The position numbers were made by a program, and so were the translations under genes. From contig JBGATJ010000007.1 of the NCBI GenBank assembly GCA_044229295.1, forward strand, positions 13,141 to 77,140: a stretch of DNA of 64,000 nucleotides, in the 5' to 3' direction. Source of the stretch: Pseudobdellovibrionaceae bacterium. Its GTDB lineage: Bacteria > Bdellovibrionota > Bdellovibrionia > Bdellovibrionales > Bdellovibrionaceae. The notes under the pieces were generated by a model. That model was given only the letters and a program-made list of their open reading frames with translations, made no database searches and was not told where the DNA came from. Below are positions 20,161-28,926 of the stretch, piece by piece (the first letter of the stretch is position 1; every line of letters starts with the position of its first letter).

Positions 20161-21011
20161 AGGGGGTGTCCCTGGCTTGAAGGAGCCACGATGCGCGTGG
20201 CCTTTTGATAAATCTTCCAGTTCTTTTCTAAAACTTCAAAGTCGGCCGCCGCTCGAGAGAAGCGTAGATTTTCTTTACTTCCAAGTGCTAAAAACCCACG
20301 GTGTACGAGAGACTGCGTGAAAAGATCAAACACTCTCTCCTGCAGAGGTTTGCTAAAATAGATCAGGACATTCCTACATAAAATGAGATTGGCTTCTGTG
20401 AAAACGGAATCAGTCACTAAGTTATGTTCTGAAAAAACAACGTTGTCGCGTAGAGAGCTATCAAAGCAAGCTTTCCCATACTCTGCTGTGTAGTAGTCTG
20501 AGGGACTAAAAAGGCCTCCGGACTCAGCATAATTCTTTGCAAATGTCTGCATGGAATCAAACCCATAGATCCCATCTCTTGCCATCTTCAAGGCGATAGG
20601 ATCAATGTCGGTTGCGTAGATCGTGGATCGCTCATAAATTCCTTCCTCTTTCAAAAGGATAGCGACGCTGTACACTTCTTCGCCGGTGCTACAGCCAGCC
20701 AGCCAAATTTTTAAAGACGGGTAGGTCCTAAGAACTGGAATCACCTTGAGCCTGAGGGCCTTGAAGAACGGCGGATCTCTAAATGGCTCAGTTGTAGAGA
20801 CTGTTAGGCGCGGAAGTATGCTAGAAAAAAAACTTGGATCCCGTAAAATATACTGGAGCAGAACCAGTGGGTCTTGAATATTGAACTTAGAGAGCAGCGA
20901 CTCAAGCCGTCTTGAAAGCGAAGCTTCCGCATACTGGCGAAAATCGTATCCGTGCTTAAGAAAAATCGCTTCGAGCAGGATCTTTTGCTCAACTGGGTCA
21001 ATTTCGATCAT
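20157..21011 (-). CDS. cheR: CheR-type protein-glutamate O-methyltransferase
   Basis: FFRDPPFF, SAM-binding IWLAGCSTGEEVYSVAILL, LCRNVLIYF. Start taken at the Met giving a 4-nt overlap with the upstream kinase. Confidence 0.85.
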   Translation of the reverse strand: MIEIDPVEQKILLEAIFLKHGYDFRQYAEASLSRRLESLLSKFNIQDPLVLLQYILRDPSFFSSILPRLTVSTTEPFRDPPFFKALRLKVIPVLRTYPSLKIWLAGCSTGEEVYSVAILLKEEGIYERSTIYATDIDPIALKMARDGIYGFDSMQTFAKNYAESGGLFSPSDYYTAEYGKACFDSSLRDNVVFSEHNLVTDSVFTEANLILCRNVLIYFSKPLQERVFDLFTQSLVHRGFLALGSKENLRFSRAAADFEVLEKNWKIYQKATRIVAPSSQGHPL

Positions 21012-24000
21012 AAAAACAATCCTGGAGGATTGAGCCAAACTTTCATAACAGAAATGAGGTTAATTAGGTTGATCGGTTTTGGCAGATAGTCGTTGGCTCC
21101 GGCTTCGATACATTTTTCATAATCACCTTTCATCGCCTTTGCTGTCAGAGCGATGATGGGAGTTTTGTCATAAAAATCCATCTTACGAATGTGGCGCATG
21201 CACTCCAGACCGTCCATTTTTGGCATCATTAAATCCATGAGGATGATGTCGATGTCAGAAAATTCTTTGAGCGCATCGAGAGCTTCTATTCCGTTACGGG
21301 CCACTCTAACGGCAAAACCTTTTCCCTCAAGGGCACTTGTTAACGCAAAAACATTACGGAGGTCATCATCAACAAGAAGGGCTGTTTTTCCATCAAAGAC
21401 TTTTTCTTTGGTGCGCATCTCAAGCAACATGTGCTTTTTTTCATCTGGCAAAAGCGATTCAACCCGATGTAAAAACAAATTTACTTCATCAAGGAGACGA
21501 TCGGGAGATTTTGCGCCCTTGATGATGATGCTATCCGAGTAGTGACGAAGCTTTTCTTCTTCGTGGGGGCTCAGTTCCTTGCCTGTGTAGATCACAACCG
21601 GAGGTAGAGAAATGGAAACCGAGTTCAAACGGTCTAAGAGCTCAATGCCCGTAACGTCAGGCAAACTCAAATCCAGAATGATGCAATCAAACGTCTGTTT
21701 TTGGATCATTTCAAAAGCATTTTGCCCAGTTTTCGCAAGATGAATTTCAAGGTCAGGACCACTCACCAAATGTTTGAGAGCCTCTTGCTGGCGCTGATCA
21801 TCTTCGACGATGAGAAGTTTTTTGACCTTTTGCGAGATCATCGTCTCAATTCTTGCTAAGACAGAGCGAACTTCACCGATATTGACGGGCTTCGCGAGAT
21901 AACCAATGGCACCCATCTTGAGCGCATTGTGCTGGTAATCTAGCCCCGAAATAATATGCACCGGAATATGCCGAAGGTGCGGAATATTTTTAATGCTTTC
22001 GAGAAGGCCCATGCCGCTAAGCCCAGGCAGTTTTACATCAAGAAGTATGGCAGATGGGGAGTGGCGTTTGAGAATTTCTAGGGCCACTTCACCGTCTCCC
22101 GCCTCAAGCGCTCTAAACCCATAACTTCTCGCGGCCTCAGCGACAGAAATTCGGAAGGCATCATCGTCCTCAACTATCAAAATGGTTTTCTCGCCAGTTG
22201 AGACATCTTTGAGAACGTTTTCAGCAAGACGCAGATTTGGGGCAAATGATTCGACGTCAGTTTTTTGCTGGGTATGGATATCCGGAATTCTCGCAGGAGG
22301 CAGATTCTCTAGGGGTGCCTGTTGAAGTTGCGTTGGAACCTCTAAAATAAATTTGCTCCCTTGGCCAGGCTCACTCTCCACACGAATGCTGCCGCCAAAA
22401 AGTTGAGCGAGTTCTCTAGAGATGGTAAGTCCAAGCCCGGTACCGCCAAATCTGCGGCTGATGGAGCCATCGGCTTGTTCAAAGGCATTGAAAATCAGAT
22501 CTCGTTTTTCAAGAGGGATTCCGATACCGGTATCGGTCACAATAAATTGGATATAAGCTGGATCTGTAGCTGGCCGCGCTTCCAGTTTCACTTCGCCGCT
22601 TTCGGTAAACTTCAACGCGTTGGAAACAAAGTTTCGCAAGATCTGTTCCAAACGCATTCTGTCGGAGGTCATTTTGAAATCCGCCGGATAAGACTCCTGG
22701 AGAGTTGTCAGCTTTAGCTTTTTCTCAGTGGCCTGAGGCTCAAAAGTAGATCTAAGGTGACTTAAAACCGAAGAAAGATTGAAGGTCTCAATACGTAAAC
22801 TCAGTTTGCGTGCTTCAATTTTTGAAAGATCCAGAATGTCGTTGATAAGGTTGAGAAGATCGTTGCCGGAATCTTGAATGGACTTCGCAAAGGTTCTCTG
22901 CTGGTCGGTCAGATTTCCTTCTTTGTTTTCAAAAAGCAGTGACGACAAGATCAAAAGACTATTGAGCGGAGTGCGCAGTTCGTGAGACATCTTTGCAAGG
23001 AACTCAGATTTATACTGACTTGCCTTTTCGAGGTCAGAAGCCTTCATCTCAACATCTCTGCGGGTTTGTTCTAACTGCTGGTTGCGCTGCTCAAGAGTGT
23101 GTTGTTGGCTCTCAAGAGCCCGAGTCTGTTCTTCGAGCTCCTCGTTGTTCACACGAAGTTCTTCTTGCTGAGCTTGAAGCTCCTCGGCCTGCTGCTGTGT
23201 TTTTTCAAGCAAACCCTGCTGCCGCTCGCGGAATTGAGCAGAGCTAATTCCAATGCCGATCGCATCAGAGAGATCTTTGAGGAAATCAAGCATGTTCTCC
23301 GTAGGATCTTCGAAACAGGCAAGCTCAATAATCGCAATATTTTTTTTCTGGAACGAAATCGGCAAGAAAAGCAAAAATCGCGGCTGCGAAGACCCAAGAC
23401 TTGAAGAAATAGGAACATAGTCAGCAGGGACGGCTCTGATTTGAACAGGGGCCACTGCGCGGAAAGCTTCGCCTAAAAGACCTCGATCAAGAGAGAGAAA
23501 CTCTGGAATCTGGTTTTCGCCTTCGATGAAGGTTAAAGCCATAGAGGCGTAGGTTGCGCTACGACGAAGACGGCCCTCTTCTTTGACATACAAACTTCCA
23601 GCAGGGACATGAGTTGTTTCTCCGATAAAGCTCAGGACTTTTTCAGAAATAACGTCAACAGACCGCTGTTCGGCCAGCATCTGGCTCATTTCAGCAATGC
23701 GAGAATTCTTCCAAGCTTCGTGAGTTTTTATCTTCGTTTCTTCAAGCGTGGAGAGATAATTTTTTCGAAACATCGAAAATGCGTAGCTCACAAGCAGGAG
23801 AGTCAAAAGCGCGGTGGACAGGAGGGCTAGGTAGAAATAGAGTTCATTGGATTTAACGGAGGAAATTCTTTCCTCGAGGAGGCGCTTCTCGTTAGCCTTC
23901 ATGACGTCCACTTGATTTTTTAGAAGGTCCATCGATGCTTTCCCGATGGCAACATCAAGCTCTGGTTTTTTTCCAGATTTTAAGACCCTTTGATATTTAT

Positions 24001-24394
24001 CGATTCCATCATTCAGCAGAACCAATCTTTTTTTGAGCTGATCCTCGAGAATGCTAATGGACATTTGTTGCGCGGGGTTGTCTATCGTCAAAAGTTTGAC
24101 TTGATTGAGGTGAAGCCAAGCCTCGTTCACTCCGTCGCGGAAAGAGACAAGATGGTCGTCTGATCCTGAAAGATAATAGCCACGCACCGAAGATTCGGCA
24201 TCTTTAACGCCGGAAATGATTTGATCCACTTCAAGCATCACTTTGAAAGTGTGCTGAACCCAATCTTGCTGATGAGAGAACTTGTCAAAGTTGTAAAAGA
24301 GAAACCAGGTGTTGAAGGTAAAAAATGCCAGAGCGCCAAAGAAAAATGCGTTTAGCCCTTTGAGTTTTGAAGATGGCGTGGATAGTTCCATCAT
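21008..24394 (-). CDS. Large hybrid sensor kinase (CHASE3-like, TM, GAF-like, Glu/Gln coiled coil, HisKA, HATPase, three REC domains)
   Basis: VQHTFKV..RGYYLSG (CHASE3-like), H-box SHELRTPLN, GGTGLGLTISREL. Three receivers (ILIVEDDDAF, LLIVEDDQRQ, ALLVDDDLRN). Confidence 0.88.
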   Translation of the reverse strand: MMELSTPSSKLKGLNAFFFGALAFFTFNTWFLFYNFDKFSHQQDWVQHTFKVMLEVDQIISGVKDAESSVRGYYLSGSDDHLVSFRDGVNEAWLHLNQVKLLTIDNPAQQMSISILEDQLKKRLVLLNDGIDKYQRVLKSGKKPELDVAIGKASMDLLKNQVDVMKANEKRLLEERISSVKSNELYFYLALLSTALLTLLLVSYAFSMFRKNYLSTLEETKIKTHEAWKNSRIAEMSQMLAEQRSVDVISEKVLSFIGETTHVPAGSLYVKEEGRLRRSATYASMALTFIEGENQIPEFLSLDRGLLGEAFRAVAPVQIRAVPADYVPISSSLGSSQPRFLLFLPISFQKKNIAIIELACFEDPTENMLDFLKDLSDAIGIGISSAQFRERQQGLLEKTQQQAEELQAQQEELRVNNEELEEQTRALESQQHTLEQRNQQLEQTRRDVEMKASDLEKASQYKSEFLAKMSHELRTPLNSLLILSSLLFENKEGNLTDQQRTFAKSIQDSGNDLLNLINDILDLSKIEARKLSLRIETFNLSSVLSHLRSTFEPQATEKKLKLTTLQESYPADFKMTSDRMRLEQILRNFVSNALKFTESGEVKLEARPATDPAYIQFIVTDTGIGIPLEKRDLIFNAFEQADGSISRRFGGTGLGLTISRELAQLFGGSIRVESEPGQGSKFILEVPTQLQQAPLENLPPARIPDIHTQQKTDVESFAPNLRLAENVLKDVSTGEKTILIVEDDDAFRISVAEAARSYGFRALEAGDGEVALEILKRHSPSAILLDVKLPGLSGMGLLESIKNIPHLRHIPVHIISGLDYQHNALKMGAIGYLAKPVNIGEVRSVLARIETMISQKVKKLLIVEDDQRQQEALKHLVSGPDLEIHLAKTGQNAFEMIQKQTFDCIILDLSLPDVTGIELLDRLNSVSISLPPVVIYTGKELSPHEEEKLRHYSDSIIIKGAKSPDRLLDEVNLFLHRVESLLPDEKKHMLLEMRTKEKVFDGKTALLVDDDLRNVFALTSALEGKGFAVRVARNGIEALDALKEFSDIDIILMDLMMPKMDGLECMRHIRKMDFYDKTPIIALTAKAMKGDYEKCIEAGANDYLPKPINLINLISVMKVWLNPPGLFL

Positions 24395-24495
24395 GGAAGT
24401 AGGTCCCTGGTCACGGTGGACTCCTCATGGAATGTTAAAACGCGACTTTACCCCTCCCGTGGTCACAACTCAATGTGGGAGTGGTGTAGAAAACT

Positions 24496-24527
24496 AAACG
24501 ACTGTGCGATGGAAAGGGGAGTCGTTT
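24496..24527 (-). terminator. Possible terminator hairpin after the lipoprotein gene
   Basis: 8-bp stem AAACGACT/AGTCGTTT with a 16-nt loop, followed on the minus strand by AGTTTTC. Overlaps the stop codon. Confidence 0.3.
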
Positions 24528-25080
24528 ACTGCGCCGACTCGGGAGTCCGCCCTTGGCTTTCAAGACGCGAAATTTGCTTAGAATTTTTGAGGCGCTGACC
24601 TTCGAGGGTGTCAAGTCTGAGAGCAAGGACCTGCCGCGAGGGTTTTGGAGTGTTGGGATCAGAAAGGGCCCGGCGCACCCCAGAAATCTCAGCAGCTAAG
24701 CGTTCATTTTTTTTAGCCAATTCAAAGATCTCAAGACCCCGGTTATAAGTTTCAAGAAATGATTTTGAAGACCCATCGGGGCAGACTTGGCCGTAGGGAG
24801 TCCCTGCACGACCTAGCATTAATGCATTTTTAACATTACAGAAATCAAGCAGTCCCATCTCTCGTCCAAGGCGGTAGGCCTCGGGATCAGGCTCGCTGGC
24901 AGCACAGTTCAGGTTTGGGTTGACCAGCTTTTGTGGAGTAAGGCCAGAAATACCATCCCGACGGCCAATTTCAAACCAATCGACACTGTTGCAGGTGGGC
25001 TTTGTGACGGTTTTGAGTTCTCCAGACGAGCATCCAGTCAGCGCCATCGCCAGGGATAATTTCAGCCATTTTCTTCGCAT
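24526..25080 (-). CDS. DUF2799-like lipoprotein
   Basis: Lipobox LTGC. Repeated C..DW/Y..G..DG..G pattern (CNSVDWFEIGRRDGISG; YRLGREMGLLDFC). Confidence 0.6.
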   Translation of the reverse strand: MRRKWLKLSLAMALTGCSSGELKTVTKPTCNSVDWFEIGRRDGISGLTPQKLVNPNLNCAASEPDPEAYRLGREMGLLDFCNVKNALMLGRAGTPYGQVCPDGSSKSFLETYNRGLEIFELAKKNERLAAEISGVRRALSDPNTPKPSRQVLALRLDTLEGQRLKNSKQISRLESQGRTPESAQ

Positions 25081-25151
25081 GATTCTATTTAACTTTACTG
25101 CCTGGGCAAAGTCCAGTCTTCGAGAGGTAGATTTGTAAATTTGGCATTGCT

Positions 25152-25195
25152 CTCAGGTCCTAAATTTCGTAATAGACCAACAACAAAGAGGTCAC
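25152..25195 (+). promoter_or_regulatory. Candidate preQ1-I-like leader upstream of queF
   Basis: GGTC(25156-59)/GACC(25175-78) stem followed by the A-rich tail AACAACAAAGAGG containing the SD. An alternative GACC/GGTC(25190-93) pairing is possible. The stems are only 4 bp. Confidence 0.25.
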
Positions 25196-25576
25196 ATGGA
25201 ACCCAAAAAATACGGACAAATCGCCATCGAAGAAAATAGGCTTGAGCGCTTTGAAAATCGCACGCTCGTAAGGCGCTATAAAATTGAGTTCACGTGTCCA
25301 GAGTTTACCTGCCTGTGCCCTCGAAGCGGCTTCCCAGATTTTGCGACCATCCGAATTCGCTACGTTCCTGCCGAGTACTGTGTCGAGCTCAAATCCCTGA
25401 AGCTATACCTCAACGGCTTCCGCAACAAGAACGTCTTTCATGAGGACGTTACGAACAACATCCTCCAAGATCTGGTCGATTTGTTAAATCCCTGGGAGAT
25501 TGAAGTTGTAGGGGATTTTACAGTCAGGGGAAATATTCACACTGTGGTGACGGCGACGCACGCTCGGGAGGTATAG
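25196..25576 (+). CDS. queF: NADPH-dependent 7-cyano-7-deazaguanine reductase (type I QueF)
   Basis: CPEFTCLCPRSGFPDFATIRIRYVP and SLKLYLNGFRN motifs. 126 aa. Confidence 0.9.
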   Translation: MEPKKYGQIAIEENRLERFENRTLVRRYKIEFTCPEFTCLCPRSGFPDFATIRIRYVPAEYCVELKSLKLYLNGFRNKNVFHEDVTNNILQDLVDLLNPWEIEVVGDFTVRGNIHTVVTATHAREV

Positions 25577-25582
25577 TTACGG

Positions 25583-25670
25583 CACCAGCTTCAGCTTCAG
25601 TCCCAACTTCAGCCTCAGCCACAGCCTCAGCCTCAGTATTAGTATCAGTTCAGTAACAGACTCAGTACAG
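25583..25670. repeat. Degenerate NNNCAG-periodic tract (left arm of intergenic element, copy 2)
   Basis: caccag cttcag cttcag ... cctcag ccacag cctcag cctcag ... read directly. Approximate reverse complement of the array at 25810-25903. Confidence 0.6.
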
Positions 25671-25837
25671 TTTACGGTTGGTAACCTGGTTTAAAAAACT
25701 GTTGTCCTGATTCTCAGCGACTATCGGCTCAGAACAAAAAACGGAATCAGGTGGTTTAACGCCGCCTTTAGTATCCAGTTTTTAAGTTTCAGGGGAAGAT
25801 CAACCCAAACTGAGACTTGTGCTGAAGCTGCTACTGT

Positions 25838-25903
25838 GCTGATGCTGATGCTGGTGCTGGTGCTGATGCTGATGCTGATGCTGATGCTGATGCTGATGCT
25901 GAT
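25838..25903. repeat. Hexanucleotide tandem array (GCTGAT)n, 11 units (9 GCTGAT, 2 GCTGGT)
   Basis: Counted directly. Separated by 1 nt from the stop codon (25905-25907) of the minus-strand gene. Confidence 0.95.
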
Positions 25904-25904
25904 G

Positions 25905-27467
25905 CTACATCACCCTCACAGTCTTCATCACAGCCTCCCTCCCCGGAAGTTCAAAATCGTAACTCCAATTTTGGTGAAGAGTGCATCTGTGTTTTAGGGG
26001 AACCGCTTTCTCGCACGCCCTGAGAAACTCGGCTGGGGTCCATGACTCGTAGTTTGTTGAAAATAGAATTTCACCTTCGGGTGCCAGGATCTCGAGCAAG
26101 CTTCCGATAAGCCGACTGAGGTCTTTTTCGATGCGAAAGACCCCTTCGGGACTTCTTGAAAATGAGGGTGGGTCGCAAATGATGAGGTCAAAAAATCGAT
26201 TCTTCTTTTTTGCGCCACGTACGAAAAATAGAGCATCGGATTGGTAAAATTCGTAGGCAGCGGGATTAAGTCCGTTGAGTTTAAAATTTTCTTTGGACCA
26301 GGTTAAAAAAGTTTTGCTGAGGTCTACGGTCACAACCTCTTTGGCTCCACCTAAGGCCGCCGCAAGACTAAATCCGCCGGTGTAAGAAAATAAATTCAAA
26401 ACACGTTTGCCACTTGAAACTTTTTGGATCCAGTTTCGGTTCTCGCGCTGATCCAGAAAAAGACCTGGCGATACGCCGCTCTGCGTGCGGAATTGAAATT
26501 TTCGATCTTCCTCATTCGCTGTCCATACAAAGGGCTCGGGTTGGCTGGTGTAGAGAACCGTGGGCTTAGAGTCTTTTATTTTGCGTAGGTGATTGATCAC
26601 GAGATCGTTTTTAGAAAGCCGCTGACCGAGGTCTTTGAAAAAATCAATCTGCGTGAGCGTGGGCTCCTCGTCATTAAACCAATGGATCCAAAGCACCGGG
26701 CCTAGCAGGTCCGCTCTCCACCCAAGGAAATGATCATGCAAAAGTCGCAAGGTCTGCTCTTGGTTTTGTTGGATTTGATAGAGGTGCTGGCGCCTTCTGA
26801 TTTGCTCTTCAAGATAGCAGGTCTCTGGGTTTTTGAGTTTCTCAAGATCCTCAAAGTAGTTGGGGATGGAAAAAGTAAATTCGTAGCGCTCGCCATTCCA
26901 AAAAAATTCCAGCCGATGTGCGATAAGCGCAAGAACTGGAAAGTCGGCTCCCTCGTAAATCTCGTCCCCCAAAAGGGCTTGTCCTAAACTCTTTGCATGC
27001 AAACGAATTTGGTGAGTCTTGCCGGTCAGTGGACTTGCCTTCCATAGGCTGTGTCGCCCCTGCCTATCAGAACGCAGATATTCAAAGTCGGTGATGGCAT
27101 CGGGCGAGTCGCTGGGGCGGCTCTGAAAAGTTTTTCCGTTCTTTGAAATGGTGCTTTTGACTTGCAACCGAGTTTCCGAAGGCGGCGCTGAGCGTGTGAT
27201 AAAAAGATACTCTTTTTTGATCTTTCCATTTGCGAAAAGTTCGGTGAGTTGAGCCGCCGCGGTTTTGGAGCGCGCGAAGATCATGACTCCACTGGTTTCT
27301 TTATCGAGGCGATGCACAACATAAAGGTTCTCCCCACGCATGATTTCAAGAAACTCGACAAAACCTGGCGTTACCGGGTCGCTTTGGTGGGTGGTGAGCC
27401 CTTTAGGTTTAAAGGCCACCACGAAGTCGTCAAAGACTTGAATTTGGGGAGAAAGCTGCCGTGCCAT
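25905..27467 (-). CDS. Fusion protein: RluA-family pseudouridine synthase + class I SAM-dependent (RlmI-like) methyltransferase
   Basis: N-half has HRLDKETSGVMIFA (catalytic Asp motif). C-half has VLNLFSYTGGFSLAAALGGA and DLIICDPPSFSRS. Confidence 0.8.
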   Translation of the reverse strand: MARQLSPQIQVFDDFVVAFKPKGLTTHQSDPVTPGFVEFLEIMRGENLYVVHRLDKETSGVMIFARSKTAAAQLTELFANGKIKKEYLFITRSAPPSETRLQVKSTISKNGKTFQSRPSDSPDAITDFEYLRSDRQGRHSLWKASPLTGKTHQIRLHAKSLGQALLGDEIYEGADFPVLALIAHRLEFFWNGERYEFTFSIPNYFEDLEKLKNPETCYLEEQIRRRQHLYQIQQNQEQTLRLLHDHFLGWRADLLGPVLWIHWFNDEEPTLTQIDFFKDLGQRLSKNDLVINHLRKIKDSKPTVLYTSQPEPFVWTANEEDRKFQFRTQSGVSPGLFLDQRENRNWIQKVSSGKRVLNLFSYTGGFSLAAALGGAKEVVTVDLSKTFLTWSKENFKLNGLNPAAYEFYQSDALFFVRGAKKKNRFFDLIICDPPSFSRSPEGVFRIEKDLSRLIGSLLEILAPEGEILFSTNYESWTPAEFLRACEKAVPLKHRCTLHQNWSYDFELPGREAVMKTVRVM

Positions 27468-27586
27468 GGGAGCGTTTTAACATCATTTATCTACTTGCGG
27501 CATGAACTTTTGCATTATTCTGCCTTCGACCTTGATTTTTTACCCTGAACCTCCAAATTGTTAGGAAACCAACGGAGGTTGTAAAA

Positions 27587-28177
27587 ATGAAAGCTTTGAA
27601 TTTATTGGCCATTGGACTTTTGGGCGCGATGCTTTCGGCGTGCGGAGTGCAGTCCATTCCTACGTCCAAAAACAATGTTGAAGCCAAACTTGCTGAAATT
27701 ACCAATCAGTACAAGAGACGTGCCGACTTGATTCCCAATCTTGTGCAAACGGTAAAGGGTTACGCCAGTCACGAAAAAGACACTCTTGAAGGTGTGATGA
27801 GCGCGCGAAGCCGTGCCACGCTAATTACGATCGATCCTTCAAAGGCTTCGCCAGAAGACATCAAAAAGTTTCAGAATGCGCAGGGAGATCTTTCGCAGGC
27901 GCTTGGCAAACTTATGGTGCTTTCGGAAAACTATCCCCAGCTCAAGGCCGACCAAAACTTTAGAGATCTTCAGGCTCAACTTGAAGGGACTGAGAACCGA
28001 ATCACGGTGGCTCGAAATCGGTACATTGAATCCATCAACGAGTTTAACAATTTGGTGACAGTGTTTCCAACAAGCATTTCAAACTCGCTTTTTTTCCATT
28101 ACGAAAAAATGCCTCAATGGGATTTGACAGAAGCAGAAAAAGCCACCGTTGAAAAACCACCGCAGGTGAACTTCTAG
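27587..28177 (+). CDS. lemA: LemA family protein
   Basis: NQYKRRADLIPNLVQTVKGYASHEKDTL and RNRYIESINEFNNLV motifs. N-terminal lipoprotein-like signal. Confidence 0.88.
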   Translation: MKALNLLAIGLLGAMLSACGVQSIPTSKNNVEAKLAEITNQYKRRADLIPNLVQTVKGYASHEKDTLEGVMSARSRATLITIDPSKASPEDIKKFQNAQGDLSQALGKLMVLSENYPQLKADQNFRDLQAQLEGTENRITVARNRYIESINEFNNLVTVFPTSISNSLFFHYEKMPQWDLTEAEKATVEKPPQVNF

Positions 28178-28926
28178 TGCGCCTAAGTCTGATCGTCCCA
28201 CTGCCATGTGTTTTCTTGTTTGCGCTTGCAGGCCAGGCGCAGAATTTTCAGGTTCCGCCTTTGACGGCGCCGGTGATCGATCAGACTCATATTTTCGATG
28301 AGCCTGTCCGGGAGCGCTTAGACCAAGCTCTGGGGCAGCTTTATCAAACCAAGAAAACCCAAATTCAAGTTCTGGTGGTGCCGACTCTTAATGGTGTTCC
28401 TATTGAACAAGCATCGATTCAAGTGACAGATGCGTGGAAGCTTGGCGGTAAGGAAGGCGATCGTGGACTTTTGATTTTGATGTCCATGCAAGATCGAAGA
28501 GTTCGCATCGAAGTTGGGCAGGGTCTAGAAGGGGATATCCCCGATGCCCGCGCCAAACAGATCATTTCAAATCGTATCATTCCCCTTTTTAAACAGGGGC
28601 AGTTTCAAGCAGGTCTACTCGCTGGAGTTTTCTCAGTAGCGCAAATCACAGACCCTGATTTTGATTTTAAGTCTTATTTCGCCGAGGACTTCATTCCTGA
28701 TATTCAACCTAAAAACACCGGCAAGAAACTCCCAGGGGTTTTCTTTATCATTATTATTTTGGTTATTCTTTTTATAAATCGCTTTGGTGGCGGTGGTGGT
28801 GGATTTCGCAGACGTGGTTGGTATTTAGGTGGCCCTGGTTTTGGCGGTGGAGGCTTCGGTGGCGGAAGCAGCTGGGGCGGTGGCGGCGGTGGATTTAGTG
28901 GCGGCGGCGCCTCGGGGGATTGGTGA
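28177..28926 (+). CDS. TPM-domain protein (YgcG-like) with Gly-rich C-terminus
   Basis: GTG start overlapping the lemA stop. VIDQTHIF..., a TM segment, then a GGGGGFRRRG..GGGGFGGG tail. Confidence 0.8.
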   Translation: MRLSLIVPLPCVFLFALAGQAQNFQVPPLTAPVIDQTHIFDEPVRERLDQALGQLYQTKKTQIQVLVVPTLNGVPIEQASIQVTDAWKLGGKEGDRGLLILMSMQDRRVRIEVGQGLEGDIPDARAKQIISNRIIPLFKQGQFQAGLLAGVFSVAQITDPDFDFKSYFAEDFIPDIQPKNTGKKLPGVFFIIIILVILFINRFGGGGGGFRRRGWYLGGPGFGGGGFGGGSSWGGGGGGFSGGGASGDW

